Source of the DNA: a virus | DNA length: 64,000 nucleotides | IMG/VR virus record: IMGVR_UViG_3300005529_000029 | Coordinates: 1-64,000 of that record | Reading direction: 5' to 3' (one strand) | The notes under the pieces: model-generated | Told to the model about the DNA's origin: nothing | What the model saw: only the letters and a program-made list of their open reading frames with translations | The model's database searches: none | Part shown: positions 10,204 to 21,087 of the stretch, in pieces | How positions within the stretch are numbered: the stretch's first letter is position 1 | Layout of the letters: each line of letters opens with the position of its first letter | Position numbers and translations under genes: made by a program

Positions 10204-13200
10204 TAGTTACCCACTAACCTCGCTAACTGATAAGAGTGTCCTTCGTTATTGTTAAAACCATCTACGGCCTTACCACTCACGATGTCATCATCAACAAATT
10301 GCATGAATGTATTGGGATTAACTTCTTTAAGACGATTGAGAACTTTGTTAACCTCACTCATCATCTGCATTGTCATTCTATGAATGATCTTCATCCCATT
10401 ATCATTATTTGGACTTGATGTAGAGTTACCCCGATTAGCCGCATGGTTGAAGAAAATCCCAGCGTCTCGATGGATATATCCAGAACCGCGAGGGATAAAG
10501 ACTTCAGGAACATTACTGTCGTGAACGATTACACCTTGACCACCAAAAGCGGTTCCACCTTCAGCTCGTGTTGGAAGATCTCCCATCCGAGTAATATTAT
10601 TTGCTGTGCTATTTGGATTTGTCCCGACATATGTTCTAACAAGTTCGTTATTTACCTGACCGGTCTGGAGCGCATAAGCAGTAAGCATCTGCTTGACATT
10701 CTGAAGATGAATAATGTCATTGACGTGATTACCAGCCTGTCCCTGGCCAAATGTCTGTTCACCAACCTGCTTGATTGACGTCAGAAGGTTATTATCTTTG
10801 ACGTCCAGGATCGGGTAGGTCGTACTCACAGCTTGTTTGATTGCTCTCTGGACTCCATTAGAAAGCCATCCAGCGAGTAATGCTCCACCAATAAGACCAC
10901 CAGCAACAATCGCGGTAATAGGATTGGAGAAGAGAGCTGGAAGAGCTGCAGAAAGACCGCTTCCAAAGATTCCAGTAGCTGCTAATGCCCCAGCACCAAG
11001 GGTACCACCAGCCATTCCAAGTGTCTGTCCAATTGGACTATTACCACCAGCAAAAGCTCCGAGGATGGATCCACCAGCAAGAACTCCCGCAGAACCTAAA
11101 CCGGCTAACTCAGAACCCTGTCCAACAAGTGGGATATTGGCCTTCATGTCTGCTGGACCGACATCTAAATTGAATGTGTTGGGTGAGAGATTCTGGAAGT
11201 CTGAATTCGTAAGAGTTTTTGATGCTGCATTGCCGGGGAACAATCCTCGTAATCCAGGAATCTTCTTTGCAAGAGTCGAAATTCCCTGTGGTGCCAATGA
11301 GCTTAATCCCGAAAAACCAGTTCCTCCAGCTTCAACTGGCGAGACCGAAAACGTCCCGGATGAACTGCCACCGCTAGGATTCGTGATTGAACTCACTGCA
11401 CTATGAGCCAGGTTCGGGAAGATGCTACTAAAACCTCCACTAGAACTTGTTCGTCGCGCGCCACCTGAATTACTGCCAGAGCCTGCACCATTTCCGGAAC
11501 CGGTTCCAGCACCAGCATAAGTTGGATCGAGGAAGTTCATGATCGCGCGGAAGAACTTCGAGGTAATCCATTCTGAGAAGAGTTGAGCAAGAGTACTCCT
11601 GAAGGATTCAAGTAGATGCTTAAATCTGGCTTCTGGACCTCTGGTAAGAGCATCTGTAAGTGAAGACTGAAAATCCTTCTGGAAATCGCCTATCGCTTTA
11701 TGAAGTTTAGTGAATTGATCAACTCTCTGAGCCTCGGCAATGAGAGAATCTTTCTGGGCCTGACTCAGATCATCATATTCAGACTTCTCAAGTTTAAGAG
11801 CAACCTGCTGAGCATAGGTTAAGTTGAGGCTCCGCTTCCGCTGTTCTTCAATCTCGATAAGAAGATTCTTGTATTGATCCTGAGTCTTGTTGAAATCCTG
11901 TTGTGCTTTATCAGCATTAATTGCATCCTGTGCCTGCTGAGCATAATCGAGGATCGAGTCCTTCTGTTCTCCCGTCAATGTCCTATCGCGACGTAATTTT
12001 GCCCTGATAGTGTCGACAAAAGAGGATTCGTCTTTCTTTGGGAACTTCTGTTCGATCTCACTCTGGAATCGCTCGAAAGTCTGTTGAGCTTTATCATTCT
12101 GGGCAATGACATCAAGAGCATGCCCCACCTGCTGAAGTTGAGTGATAAAATTCCTCATGTCAGTAGGAGCAAACTTTTCCAAGAACTCAAAAAGTGGCAG
12201 TCCAGCCGCGGCTCTTTGCTGTTCATCTGTAAGAGATTTGAGAACAACTTTACGGGCATCCTCGAGTAAAGTCATCTCTTTGGTCTTCACACCGAGCTGA
12301 TCTAATGAATCTTTAGCTTGTGCAGTTAACTCCGCAAGACTCTTAAGACCTTCATCATGGCGTTTCATTCCATCTAACTGGAGAGTGAAGTCGAGAACGC
12401 CTTGTGCGAGTTTGGCAAATCCAGGGTGAGCTTTATCAACCTGTTGAATGAACTTACTTAGATCATTCTCGGCCTCTGAACCGAAAGCCTTCTTTTTGGC
12501 TTCGTCCATGGCCTTGATTTCTTTGGCCATCTCTTTAAAGCCATCTTTAATAATCTCCTGCTTGACTTTCTCGAGATCAGAGACTTTGCCATAGTTATTA
12601 ACCGCATCACTTAACTCATCGTATTCTTTCCTAAGATCGGCAAAAGGAACTTCAGAAGTCGCCGTCGATTTGGTTTTACGCAAACCACCAGATTTATTCA
12701 GACCAGTCGCATTTTGAACTGCCTGTCGATCCTGGTCTAATTGTCTCTGAAGTTTGACATCCTCAGAGAACTGAGGCTCTTTCATCAGATCACGAACCAT
12801 CTGCTGAGTTGTCTGACCATATTCCGGATGGGTTAATCGCCATTGAATTGCTTCATCGGTTCTGGATTGGATTCGTCTGGCAACATCGCCAGCCATTAAT
12901 CCGCGAATCTTCTGATCAAGATTCTGAACTGCATTAGCCTGGTTATCGATCGCGTTTGTTCCGGCATCCATCTGGCCAGTGAAGAAGTTATAACGATTGC
13001 CAGTTTCAGTTAGTGCTGCATAAAACTGATCAAAATTACCCTTCGTATTTCCAAGAGTTGTCTGTAGATCAAAGAACTGTCTCGCACCTTCTTTGGTGCC
13101 TCCAGTTAAAAGAAGTATCTTCTGTCGCAGTGACTCTGTTTGCTTTTCTAGTTCTAACGATTTCTCGGTTATGCGAGTGACTTGCTGCTGTAACTCATCA

Positions 13201-15533
13201 AATGGGAGTCCAGTATTCTTATCATATCTGAGTAAGCCTACAGGCTGATAATTTTCAACATCTCGCTTATGTTGCTCAAGCTCATTGATAATCTGCTTCT
13301 CTTGCTGATAACTCTTCTGGAAACCGGAAATGACATCGCCACCCTGGACGAGTTGCTCTTGCTTTCGTAATGCCAGCTCTTTCGCTAACTCTTCATTCAG
13401 AAGTTTTAAAGCCTCAGTCTGATCATGCGCACTATTAATTCGCTGGCGAGATGCAGGATCCAATAGATCATACGCATTCTTTAGATCAACATTGGAGTCG
13501 GCTAAACTCTTTGTTCCTACAGTGATTCCTTTTAGATCATTATTGGCAGATTGCAAAATATTAATCTGCTTCTGTAAGGAAGTGATCTCATTCTCTGAGG
13601 CAATATGTAGCTCATTATAGTTTTGGATCAGTTTATAAATTCCATAACCGATTGCAGCCACTCCTGCAATGACTAATCCATAGACTCCGGCAGTGAGTGC
13701 CATTGCTCCAGCGCTCATCTCTGCAGCTTCACCAACTCCCATGAAATAGAGTCTGACCTGCATTAACACTGAGAGTAATCGTGAGCCACCTTCACCACTG
13801 GCAATCATTGCCTGAAGATTAAAGGCCGCAAACGCAATAGTCGCGCTCGTAATTGCAACCGTTGTCGCGGAAAACGCACCTGGATATTGATTGATAAACG
13901 CCAGGACTGAACTTAAAACAGTGATAAATGGCCCAGACAGAATCGTTAAACTCTTCTCAATATTGGCAGTAAACTGATCGAACTGTGCTCCAATTGATTG
14001 CTGTTCTTTCTTAAACGCTTCATCGACCTTGCCAGCGGCAATACTCATCGACGTCAGATCAGAAGAGAAGACTTGAGCTCGATTTCCGGTAAGAGAAAGA
14101 ACAGTTGCAAGGGCCTGTGTACCCGCAAAGAGTTTTCCGATGGTAGAAACATTACCACCAGTCTTTTGGTAGACTTCATCAAGGAAACCACCTAATCCTT
14201 TTGCTCGAAGGCCAGTCTCATTAAACTCAATACCTAACTGTCTGGCTAATCTCTGAGTAGTCTCTGATGGTTCTTCAATATCTTTCAGAGCTGCTCGTAA
14301 ACCAGAAATAGCTCTTTGTGGTCCAAGAGTCTCAGAGGATGCAGAGATTGCTGCAAACATCTCTTCCATCTTTAATCCAGATGAAGCCGCTAATTCTGAG
14401 ATTCCACCTAAATCTTTGGCAAGTTGAGGAATCGTAATATGGCCTTTAGCCACTGTCTGGAACATCTCATCATAGATTCTTGTAAGATCAGATGACTTTA
14501 ACCCAAAGGCATCCATCACGGTCGTTCCAGCTTGGATTGCATCTTCGGTGGATCCAATACCAGCGCGCGCGGCTTTGACCGAACTTGTTAATGCATCAAG
14601 AGCATCTTTCTGATCGATACCGGCTTTCAAAACTTCGTAATATCCATGAGCAAGGTCAGAGGTCTTACCATATTCGGCACCAAGACCTATCACCTGCTCG
14701 CGAACTTTATTAATTGATTGATCTTCTCCTAATAACATATTTACATTGGCAAACTCTCGCTCAGATTGAACGACTTCGGCAAAACCCTCCTGGATTAATC
14801 TCAATGCCTCAAAGAATGTCCGGCGTATGATTGTTCCCTGAAGGATCGCGACTAAAACGCTCCGACCCATCACTGCATCTGTATTCTGTACAGAAGTTGA
14901 GAGAGAATTTGATGCAGATGCAGCAGTGAGCATTACATTACCAAGTCGCTGCATCGCTATCTCATATTGTCCTCCCGCGGTAAGAGGTTTAGTTGTGATA
15001 CCACCACGTAACTGCGCGCCAATGAATCCCGATAAGTCAGTTGGAAATGCAGTTCCTCCAGTTTGGAGAGCACCTGCATCTGGACGGACGAACTTGAAAT
15101 TCTGGATCTGTAATAATGATCGGTAATAGTTCTCAGCTTCCTGCCGAGCTGCAGCAAATCTCGCTTTAGTGACTTCACCCCATAACTCAGCACTACGTTT
15201 TGCCTGCGCGAACTGAGCATCTAATTTTGCCACCACTAATCTAAGTTTCTCGATCGAAGGTGAAGCAAAATCAGCCATCTTCTTGACTGAATCACGAAGG
15301 TCTTGAACGCGCTGGTTCGCCAGTCTCAACTCTTCCTGTATTTTCCGAACCTCCATGAACTTCCTCATGAAGTCGGCGACTCCAGGACCGAGCTTGGCCA
15401 GATCGGCCAACATTCGCGTAATTGACTGATCAATGGAATCAAAGACAGATTTGACCTGTGGACCTTGCTGTTTTGCTGAGGTCGAATCTATCTCTATTCC
15501 AATACTGGCAATATCTAGATTATTGATGTCCAT
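10203..15533 (-). CDS. Tape measure protein (TP901-family core), 1776 aa
   Basis: Length, helical Ala/Gln-rich sequence, PhageMin_Tail-like region, position after tail chaperones. Confidence 0.93.
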   Translation of the reverse strand: MDINNLDIASIGIEIDSTSAKQQGPQVKSVFDSIDQSITRMLADLAKLGPGVADFMRKFMEVRKIQEELRLANQRVQDLRDSVKKMADFASPSIEKLRLVVAKLDAQFAQAKRSAELWGEVTKARFAAARQEAENYYRSLLQIQNFKFVRPDAGALQTGGTAFPTDLSGFIGAQLRGGITTKPLTAGGQYEIAMQRLGNVMLTAASASNSLSTSVQNTDAVMGRSVLVAILQGTIIRRTFFEALRLIQEGFAEVVQSEREFANVNMLLGEDQSINKVREQVIGLGAEYGKTSDLAHGYYEVLKAGIDQKDALDALTSSVKAARAGIGSTEDAIQAGTTVMDAFGLKSSDLTRIYDEMFQTVAKGHITIPQLAKDLGGISELAASSGLKMEEMFAAISASSETLGPQRAISGLRAALKDIEEPSETTQRLARQLGIEFNETGLRAKGLGGFLDEVYQKTGGNVSTIGKLFAGTQALATVLSLTGNRAQVFSSDLTSMSIAAGKVDEAFKKEQQSIGAQFDQFTANIEKSLTILSGPFITVLSSVLAFINQYPGAFSATTVAITSATIAFAAFNLQAMIASGEGGSRLLSVLMQVRLYFMGVGEAAEMSAGAMALTAGVYGLVIAGVAAIGYGIYKLIQNYNELHIASENEITSLQKQINILQSANNDLKGITVGTKSLADSNVDLKNAYDLLDPASRQRINSAHDQTEALKLLNEELAKELALRKQEQLVQGGDVISGFQKSYQQEKQIINELEQHKRDVENYQPVGLLRYDKNTGLPFDELQQQVTRITEKSLELEKQTESLRQKILLLTGGTKEGARQFFDLQTTLGNTKGNFDQFYAALTETGNRYNFFTGQMDAGTNAIDNQANAVQNLDQKIRGLMAGDVARRIQSRTDEAIQWRLTHPEYGQTTQQMVRDLMKEPQFSEDVKLQRQLDQDRQAVQNATGLNKSGGLRKTKSTATSEVPFADLRKEYDELSDAVNNYGKVSDLEKVKQEIIKDGFKEMAKEIKAMDEAKKKAFGSEAENDLSKFIQQVDKAHPGFAKLAQGVLDFTLQLDGMKRHDEGLKSLAELTAQAKDSLDQLGVKTKEMTLLEDARKVVLKSLTDEQQRAAAGLPLFEFLEKFAPTDMRNFITQLQQVGHALDVIAQNDKAQQTFERFQSEIEQKFPKKDESSFVDTIRAKLRRDRTLTGEQKDSILDYAQQAQDAINADKAQQDFNKTQDQYKNLLIEIEEQRKRSLNLTYAQQVALKLEKSEYDDLSQAQKDSLIAEAQRVDQFTKLHKAIGDFQKDFQSSLTDALTRGPEARFKHLLESFRSTLAQLFSEWITSKFFRAIMNFLDPTYAGAGTGSGNGAGSGSNSGGARRTSSSGGFSSIFPNLAHSAVSSITNPSGGSSSGTFSVSPVEAGGTGFSGLSSLAPQGISTLAKKIPGLRGLFPGNAASKTLTNSDFQNLSPNTFNLDVGPADMKANIPLVGQGSELAGLGSAGVLAGGSILGAFAGGNSPIGQTLGMAGGTLGAGALAATGIFGSGLSAALPALFSNPITAIVAGGLIGGALLAGWLSNGVQRAIKQAVSTTYPILDVKDNNLLTSIKQVGEQTFGQGQAGNHVNDIIHLQNVKQMLTAYALQTGQVNNELVRTYVGTNPNSTANNITRMGDLPTRAEGGTAFGGQGVIVHDSNVPEVFIPRGSGYIHRDAGIFFNHAANRGNSTSSPNNDNGMKIIHRMTMQMMSEVNKVLNRLKEVNPNTFMQFVDDDIVSGKAVDGFNNNEGHSYQLARLVGN

Positions 15534-15890
15534 TTAATCAGTCTTGTTTATGTGTGAAACGAATAGCTGATCGAGGTCTTTAATCCTATCAATCAGCCAT
15601 GGATTAAGGAAAATGCGGTGAAGCTGGCAATAAAAGAACAAGTCTGACCAGGATAACAGATCGATGCCAAAACCTGTTGATCGGCGACCCTTATTTACCT
15701 CAAAGAAGATATCAAGGATCGCCGCAGATTCAGGCATCAGCTCAGGCTCTCTATTCTCAGGTCGTATCAGGGACTTCCCTGACTCTTTTTCCTGCTCTTC
15801 AATCTTGCGGAGTGCAGGCAGAAAATCCGTTCTCTTTGGCCCAGCAACTAAGAGACGGAAACGCCAGTCTGCCCACTCTCGGAGTTTTTT
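15534..15890 (-). CDS. Tail assembly chaperone, -1 frameshift extension (gpGT-like)
   Basis: The -1 frame after A AAA AAC is open (KLREWADWRF...) and runs in frame into ORF 15534..15737. Confidence 0.85.
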   Translation of the reverse strand, partial: KKLREWADWRFRLLVAGPKRTDFLPALRKIEEQEKESGKSLIRPENREPELMPESAAILDIFFEVNKGRRSTGFGIDLLSWSDLFFYCQLHRIFLNPWLIDRIKDLDQLFVSHINKTD

Positions 15891-16279
15891 TCGATAACCG
15901 CCAGGAAGTTCTTGCGGTTATTGATAAATTGATCAACTTGCTCCCGGATGAATGCAAGTTTTGAGTTTTTATAGAGCTGATAGGCAGTCTCAAACTTGCA
16001 GGCAACTGGCTGTCCATCCTGAGTGATTCCTTCCCACTCAAGAGTGCAGGCAGCAAGAACTTTGATTCCAGCTTCCTGTTGACCTTCAAGGGATCCTTTA
16101 CCTTGAAGGTATTTTTCCCTTGCGGTATTAATGTATTTGCTCTCAGCGGTTCGATAAACGTCGCTATCTACACCGGCGAGTTTGATCCGAATGTCTGTGT
16201 CTTTTCCATTAGGAAGAACAATCGTTAGCCATTGCCCATCATCAGAGGTATTACTCTGCATTAATGCTGTGATATCCAT
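15848..16279 (-). CDS. Tail assembly chaperone (gpG-like)
   Basis: IRIKLAGVDSD...LAACTLEWEGI...FIREQVDQFINNRKNF; between tail tube and TMP. Confidence 0.85.
   Translation of the reverse strand: MDITALMQSNTSDDGQWLTIVLPNGKDTDIRIKLAGVDSDVYRTAESKYINTAREKYLQGKGSLEGQQEAGIKVLAACTLEWEGITQDGQPVACKFETAYQLYKNSKLAFIREQVDQFINNRKNFLAVIEKNSESGQTGVSVS
15884..15890 (-). promoter_or_regulatory. -1 programmed frameshift slippery site A AAA AAC
   Basis: Minus strand GAA AAA AAC in frame; X XXY YYZ pattern. Confidence 0.85.
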
Positions 16280-16330
16280 CAGGAATTTAACCGCGTATTA
16301 GCGGCCCCTTTCTTAGTTGGAATTGCGAAA

Positions 16331-17524
16331 TTAGATATTGGTTATTTGCTCAATGAAGAACTTGGTTCCATAGGTCGAGTCATACTCGGCATAGAACATC
16401 ATGTCCTGAGTTATGCTCTTTCCAGTTTTCTTATCTGTCTTTGTTACACAACAGGTCGGAAAATTCAGCCGGTACTTATCACCCTTGCTCTGGTCGACAA
16501 TAGTGATCTGCGCCGAAATACGAGTGCCATTCTTCATCTTGGTGAGATAGGTCTCATCAAAGAAATAGGCGTTGATGGCAACCTCAGATCGGAAGATATC
16601 TTGCTCAATATGAGAAGGAACTTGAGAACCAACCTGATTCTTAGCATCGCGGCCATTCTTGAAATCGATCTTAACCGATTCACCACCAGTCAAAGTTGCT
16701 AGATTGGCCAGTCCAGCGTCACCAAGTTGTAAGGAGCATCCAGAGACCGCGCCGGCATCTGGAACGTTATTATTTGTCGCCGTATAAGTTGATCCTGCGA
16801 CTTGCGCAAGAGCCTGCGTCAGTCCGACAATTGGGAACGTCGCTTTAACAGCACCAGAAGTAGGTATATCGATCGTCGCATCGCCCACTTCACAGCCGGC
16901 ATAGACTTCATAAACGATTGGCGAAAGATCACCGAACTGCTGCTCGATCGAAAGGGTTGGCCTTGATGTTCCACCGGCAATAGCAACTTGTCGGTTACTC
17001 AGGAAAGTGACCGAGACTGGACCGGCCTCATCAACACAGGCTTCAGTAAATGTTAACTGTGTCGATGAAATCGCTGTGATTGTCTTGATGCCATTATTAC
17101 TGACTGATCCGGAGATAGTGACTCGATCGCCAATGGCCAGCCGAGCTGAGCCTAGGGGATCTGTTAAGAAGTTACCTGACGTCGCCGTGAACTTCTTTGT
17201 TCCGGCTGCAAAACCGCCACTGCGAGTAACAGTGATAGTTGCAAACGCTCCACCAATTGCAGATTCGATGAATCTGAGAATTGCGGCTTCATTGACCATC
17301 AAAGTGTCGATAGATCCGCGTGGAGTGAATGTTCCACCAACCTGTACGCCACCCTGTCGATCTGACCTGACCATTGCGGCTTCCTCATATTTCTGCTCGA
17401 GATTGATGATCGAATTCTCGAGATGAGGAATAATGCTATAGGCTGGAGTCGCTGGTGTCGTCCCAACTGTGACCTCTGGAATGAGGCTAAATTGGGTTAC
17501 GCTACTTGATGCTGGTCTGGCCAT
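16331..17524 (-). CDS. Major tail tube protein
   Basis: PEVTVGTTPATP N-terminus, RSDRQ, YAGCEV motifs; position. Confidence 0.85.
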   Translation of the reverse strand: MARPASSSVTQFSLIPEVTVGTTPATPAYSIIPHLENSIINLEQKYEEAAMVRSDRQGGVQVGGTFTPRGSIDTLMVNEAAILRFIESAIGGAFATITVTRSGGFAAGTKKFTATSGNFLTDPLGSARLAIGDRVTISGSVSNNGIKTITAISSTQLTFTEACVDEAGPVSVTFLSNRQVAIAGGTSRPTLSIEQQFGDLSPIVYEVYAGCEVGDATIDIPTSGAVKATFPIVGLTQALAQVAGSTYTATNNNVPDAGAVSGCSLQLGDAGLANLATLTGGESVKIDFKNGRDAKNQVGSQVPSHIEQDIFRSEVAINAYFFDETYLTKMKNGTRISAQITIVDQSKGDKYRLNFPTCCVTKTDKKTGKSITQDMMFYAEYDSTYGTKFFIEQITNI

Positions 17525-17537
17525 AATCGCTCCTTAT

Positions 17538-17993
17538 TTAAAAAGTAACTGACTCGTAAAAATCGAATGGTGTATTGACAATCATTCGAAAGCACCCATC
17601 ATCTGGAATCTGCCGTGGCAAACTTGATGCGCGAAAAAGCAATCCACTGAAACTGGCCCGGTTAAATATCGCCCTTGCATAATCGACCAAAAGATTCAGA
17701 GCTGATGTACCATTGCCCTTTGGTCCCATCACTGATAACTGGACAGTGCCAAAACATTGATTCTGGCCACCACCATTCTGACCAATTGTTGCTATTGCAG
17801 ATGGACCCATCAAAATATCTAGTTGCAACCAAGCTGAATCTGTTGGTGGTCGATCTATAATTGAGCCATCAACGTTAACCAATCCCTTCACGTTTGGGTA
17901 CTGAATCGGAGTCCGAGGATTATTGCTATTATCAACCCAGAGGGTCTTAAGCCGCGATTCAATAGCACTCCGGATTATCTCTGTCGTTCCCAT
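17538..17993 (-). CDS. Tail terminator-like protein
   Basis: IQYPN...WLQL...GTVQLSVMGPKGNG pattern; position. Confidence 0.7.
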   Translation of the reverse strand: MGTTEIIRSAIESRLKTLWVDNSNNPRTPIQYPNVKGLVNVDGSIIDRPPTDSAWLQLDILMGPSAIATIGQNGGGQNQCFGTVQLSVMGPKGNGTSALNLLVDYARAIFNRASFSGLLFRASSLPRQIPDDGCFRMIVNTPFDFYESVTF

Positions 17994-18389
17994 TTACTGT
18001 CTCTCTGCAATCTGAAGAACCGCAGGCGCTACAACCTTTACAATTCCGACTGGCGCCTGTTGTGATGTCCCATTCTCTAGACCTTTAACGACGTAATCTA
18101 AAGAATTCGTTATATACGTCTTCGATGGTTCTTTGATCTGAGCTGCAAACTCGGCAGCTTGAACTTTTCCCTCATATCCATCTGGATCCCGCGCATCCAT
18201 ATCAACGGAGGTATCAGGTTCATCAATCGCGTTATTCCAGTTTGCCCTTGCTCGACCGGTCTTCACTGGTGTCTGATCAATAAGGAGTTGCGCAGCAGCA
18301 ATATGCACTCGCTGATGTTTCTGTACGACCTTTTTAGGGATCGTCTCTTCAGTGAATCTCAGAAAGACCTGTTGATAATTGCTACTCAT
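17994..18389 (-). CDS. HK97 gp10-like tail completion protein
   Basis: TPVKTGRARANW...LENGTSQQAPVG. Confidence 0.85.
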   Translation of the reverse strand: MSSNYQQVFLRFTEETIPKKVVQKHQRVHIAAAQLLIDQTPVKTGRARANWNNAIDEPDTSVDMDARDPDGYEGKVQAAEFAAQIKEPSKTYITNSLDYVVKGLENGTSQQAPVGIVKVVAPAVLQIAERQ

Positions 18390-18802
18390 GCTTGTTCCAG
18401 GTAGAGTAAGTAACTTAGGATGGTCCCATCCGGCGCATCAGGTTCAAAGTTCCTGATATTGAAATAAATGCCGTCTCTACCGCGTTTAATCTGGCCCTGA
18501 AGGGTGACACTGAAACTAAGTGGGCTTCCGGATGTATCTAAAACCGCCATCTGGAATTGAGCCTTCTCAGTTGCCGGATCGGATTGACTCTTTCCAGTCT
18601 TACGTTGAAATGAATCTTCATCCAGGCTTTGCCAGATCCCAACAATCGCATGTGATCGACTGACTTCATTTCCCTGACTCAGTACTCCGGAAGTTGTGTT
18701 ATAGCCAGTCGCTCCCTCGGCGATATAAAGACTTGTCTGATCTCCAATTTTAAGAGCTGCTTTAAGAGCTGCTCTTTGGAGGGTTAGATCGATATTTCCC
18801 AT
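18386..18802 (-). CDS. Putative head-closure protein
   Basis: Position and size. Confidence 0.55.
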   Translation of the reverse strand: MGNIDLTLQRAALKAALKIGDQTSLYIAEGATGYNTTSGVLSQGNEVSRSHAIVGIWQSLDEDSFQRKTGKSQSDPATEKAQFQMAVLDTSGSPLSFSVTLQGQIKRGRDGIYFNIRNFEPDAPDGTILSYLLYLEQA

Positions 18803-18837
18803 CTTAGTCTTTCAAAGGGATTTATATACTTAAGTTC

Positions 18838-19098
18838 CTATTTCCCTTCAGGGCGTTTATCCAAGCCTTTTTCGGCTAGCACTTCTGCGACGTCATCCAC
18901 ATGTAGGCAATCGACCATGCAAGCGAAGTCATTGAACGGCTGAATTACTGCGATATTGCCATTGCAATAATCATTTCCCGCAGTTGCGCTGTGGAGTACG
19001 CCATAGGCTATGACCTTACCCCCTTCCAGCTTCACGATTTTGTCTCCGTTTTTTGCTTCACGTCCGTTTCTGTAGTGCATTTTGTTTTTTCCTTTCAA
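18838..19098 (-). CDS. Conserved hypothetical protein (MHYRNGREAKNGD type)
   Basis: Recognisable N-terminal motif; YCNG and DCLH residues. Confidence 0.55.
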   Translation of the reverse strand: MKGKNKMHYRNGREAKNGDKIVKLEGGKVIAYGVLHSATAGNDYCNGNIAVIQPFNDFACMVDCLHVDDVAEVLAEKGLDKRPEGK

Positions 19099-19101
19099 AG
19101 A

Positions 19102-19587
19102 TCAGCAACCACCTTGACCAAGGCAATTCATCGTCATGGATACGATTCCAATTGGATTTACTGCCACTTGAGCATTACAGGTCCAGCAGGTTGTGAGAGC
19201 ACAACCACAATAAGGTCTTGGTGAAACATTGCCGCCAAGAAGTGGCATCGCAACCACAACATAAGGTCCGCGCTGTGGCGTATCATAGAGGAGAAATAGT
19301 CCCTGCATAACCAGGTAATCTCTCGTGCGAGTATCAGAACTATCAACTCCATATTTGCCGCCAAAGATTCGATCAGCGCGTTCGCCAAGATTATCGATGT
19401 CATCCATCAAAGCATTTAGGTACTGATTCTGAGCATCTGTAAGTGAAGCTAACTTCGCTGCCAGATTTGGGAATCGTCCAGGATGCTTTAAATACATATC
19501 GAGATTCCGGATTAATGTAAGCCAGCGTAGTTGTCGGATAGCCGATAACGCTGGTGACGCATTCTGAATCTCGATAGTTGTGGGCAT
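19102..19587 (-). CDS. Putative head-tail adaptor with Cys-rich C-terminus
   Basis: Position after capsid genes. Confidence 0.5.
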   Translation of the reverse strand: MPTTIEIQNASPALSAIRQLRWLTLIRNLDMYLKHPGRFPNLAAKLASLTDAQNQYLNALMDDIDNLGERADRIFGGKYGVDSSDTRTRDYLVMQGLFLLYDTPQRGPYVVVAMPLLGGNVSPRPYCGCALTTCWTCNAQVAVNPIGIVSMTMNCLGQGGC

Positions 19588-19598
19588 TACTTCGTCTC

Positions 19599-20009
19599 TT
19601 AGGTCTTAGTCTCAGATGGCCTTGTGGCATCACTTAACATCGACTGGTAAGTGATATTCTCATCTTCTTTCTCACGAAGCTGCTGCCTGAGACTCTCTAT
19701 CTCTTTCTCAGCATCATTGAGCTTTGATTCCAGGGAAAGATTTCGTGGTCCAGACGGCGCCTCGATCGTAACTTTTGTCTTTCCCTTTTCAGCATCATTT
19801 GCTGGACGAATGACCTCAAGACGAACGAGCTTCTTAATCTCAGGATCACTCGGATCATGTTCGAAGACATCGCCTCGAAACTTGGGGAGAGCATTAATAG
19901 ATTTATCGCCTACTTTGAATGGCGGAACTGTTGCCCCGCCACTCAGCATCACAAACTTAGACATTTTCGATTCCGGCGCCTTTGCGCCTACCTGCGTATT
20001 AGCAGCCAT
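19599..20009 (-). CDS. Hypothetical head-associated protein
   Basis: Directly after major capsid, AGGA RBS. Confidence 0.55.
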   Translation of the reverse strand: MAANTQVGAKAPESKMSKFVMLSGGATVPPFKVGDKSINALPKFRGDVFEHDPSDPEIKKLVRLEVIRPANDAEKGKTKVTIEAPSGPRNLSLESKLNDAEKEIESLRQQLREKEDENITYQSMLSDATRPSETKT

Positions 20010-20046
20010 CGTACTTTCCTTTCTTAAGTGAGTTCGGGACGTATCA

Positions 20047-21072
20047 TTACGACACGTCGATGATAACTATCGCAGATGGATAGAAGATTACTGGTCCACC
20101 GTTATGACCCTTTTCAACTTCGAGTCGGCGTGGCGTGGGTTGACCATGCTCTGCTGAATCGTAGACATAGGTGTATGGTCCAGGAGCAAAACCAGGCGTC
20201 GATGCAGAGCGGACCATTCGGTACTGTCCAAGTGGCTCTCCATTTGGACGGTTGCCGACCAGAATCACCTTGCCATCAGGAATGAACTTGTGGAAGGTCT
20301 TGGAATCATCGAAGTAGCCTTCATTATATATCACGAACTTTGGCAGATTATACGCGCGAAGAACGAAGTTTACGTCAACTTCACCATTGACTGTTGATCC
20401 ACCGCCAATACGCTTGCCGCCAAGATCACTGGCATTAGTATTATTGACAAGATCATTCCAGGTCTTCAGATTGCAATAGCAGGTCGCATCAGGTCCAAAC
20501 GAAACTGAGTGGCCATCTGCCAATAACTGTGCTCCCTGAAGATCAACTAATGGTGTTGCTGATGAATGGGTGCTCCACGTTGACGCATCGTATGTCTGGA
20601 GGTCAAATCCAGCTTTGTACTGGACGATTCCTTTGACGTCGGAAACAGAGATCGTGCCCGTTCCCACGAGTGTCCAGATGATATATCTAATTCGCGTGAT
20701 TTCACGAATCCGGAGTTGCTCGTTCAACTCCATGATGTACTCTTCGAGATCGATTACAGTGCCGATGGAAGTTACCTGCTTGCGCTTAAGTATTTCCTTT
20801 TCGGAAACTGGAACTTTTTCCGAGAATACGCCGGGATCCATCTGGAACTCAGTATCAGAAAGACGGCTGATTAACGGTACTTCACCTTCCAGTCCACGGA
20901 CGTTTTGTAGACCGCGGTAATTATCACGCTGGAACCATTGAAGCGTGAAAACATCTTTATTGACCATCGGGAAGAACTGGAATTCAGGGCCATTCATATT
21001 CTGGTCGGCAATGAAATCAGCATTGATCCTCATTAACTCGACCGCTCTCGGATATCTGATAATTTCTGTCAT
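20047..21072 (-). CDS. Major capsid protein (lambda gpE-like)
   Basis: WSTHSSATPLVDL, YNEGYFDD, FIPDGKVILVG motifs; GGAGG RBS. Confidence 0.88.
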   Translation of the reverse strand: MTEIIRYPRAVELMRINADFIADQNMNGPEFQFFPMVNKDVFTLQWFQRDNYRGLQNVRGLEGEVPLISRLSDTEFQMDPGVFSEKVPVSEKEILKRKQVTSIGTVIDLEEYIMELNEQLRIREITRIRYIIWTLVGTGTISVSDVKGIVQYKAGFDLQTYDASTWSTHSSATPLVDLQGAQLLADGHSVSFGPDATCYCNLKTWNDLVNNTNASDLGGKRIGGGSTVNGEVDVNFVLRAYNLPKFVIYNEGYFDDSKTFHKFIPDGKVILVGNRPNGEPLGQYRMVRSASTPGFAPGPYTYVYDSAEHGQPTPRRLEVEKGHNGGPVIFYPSAIVIIDVS

Positions 21073-21087
21073 TTTGTTCCTCCAGGA

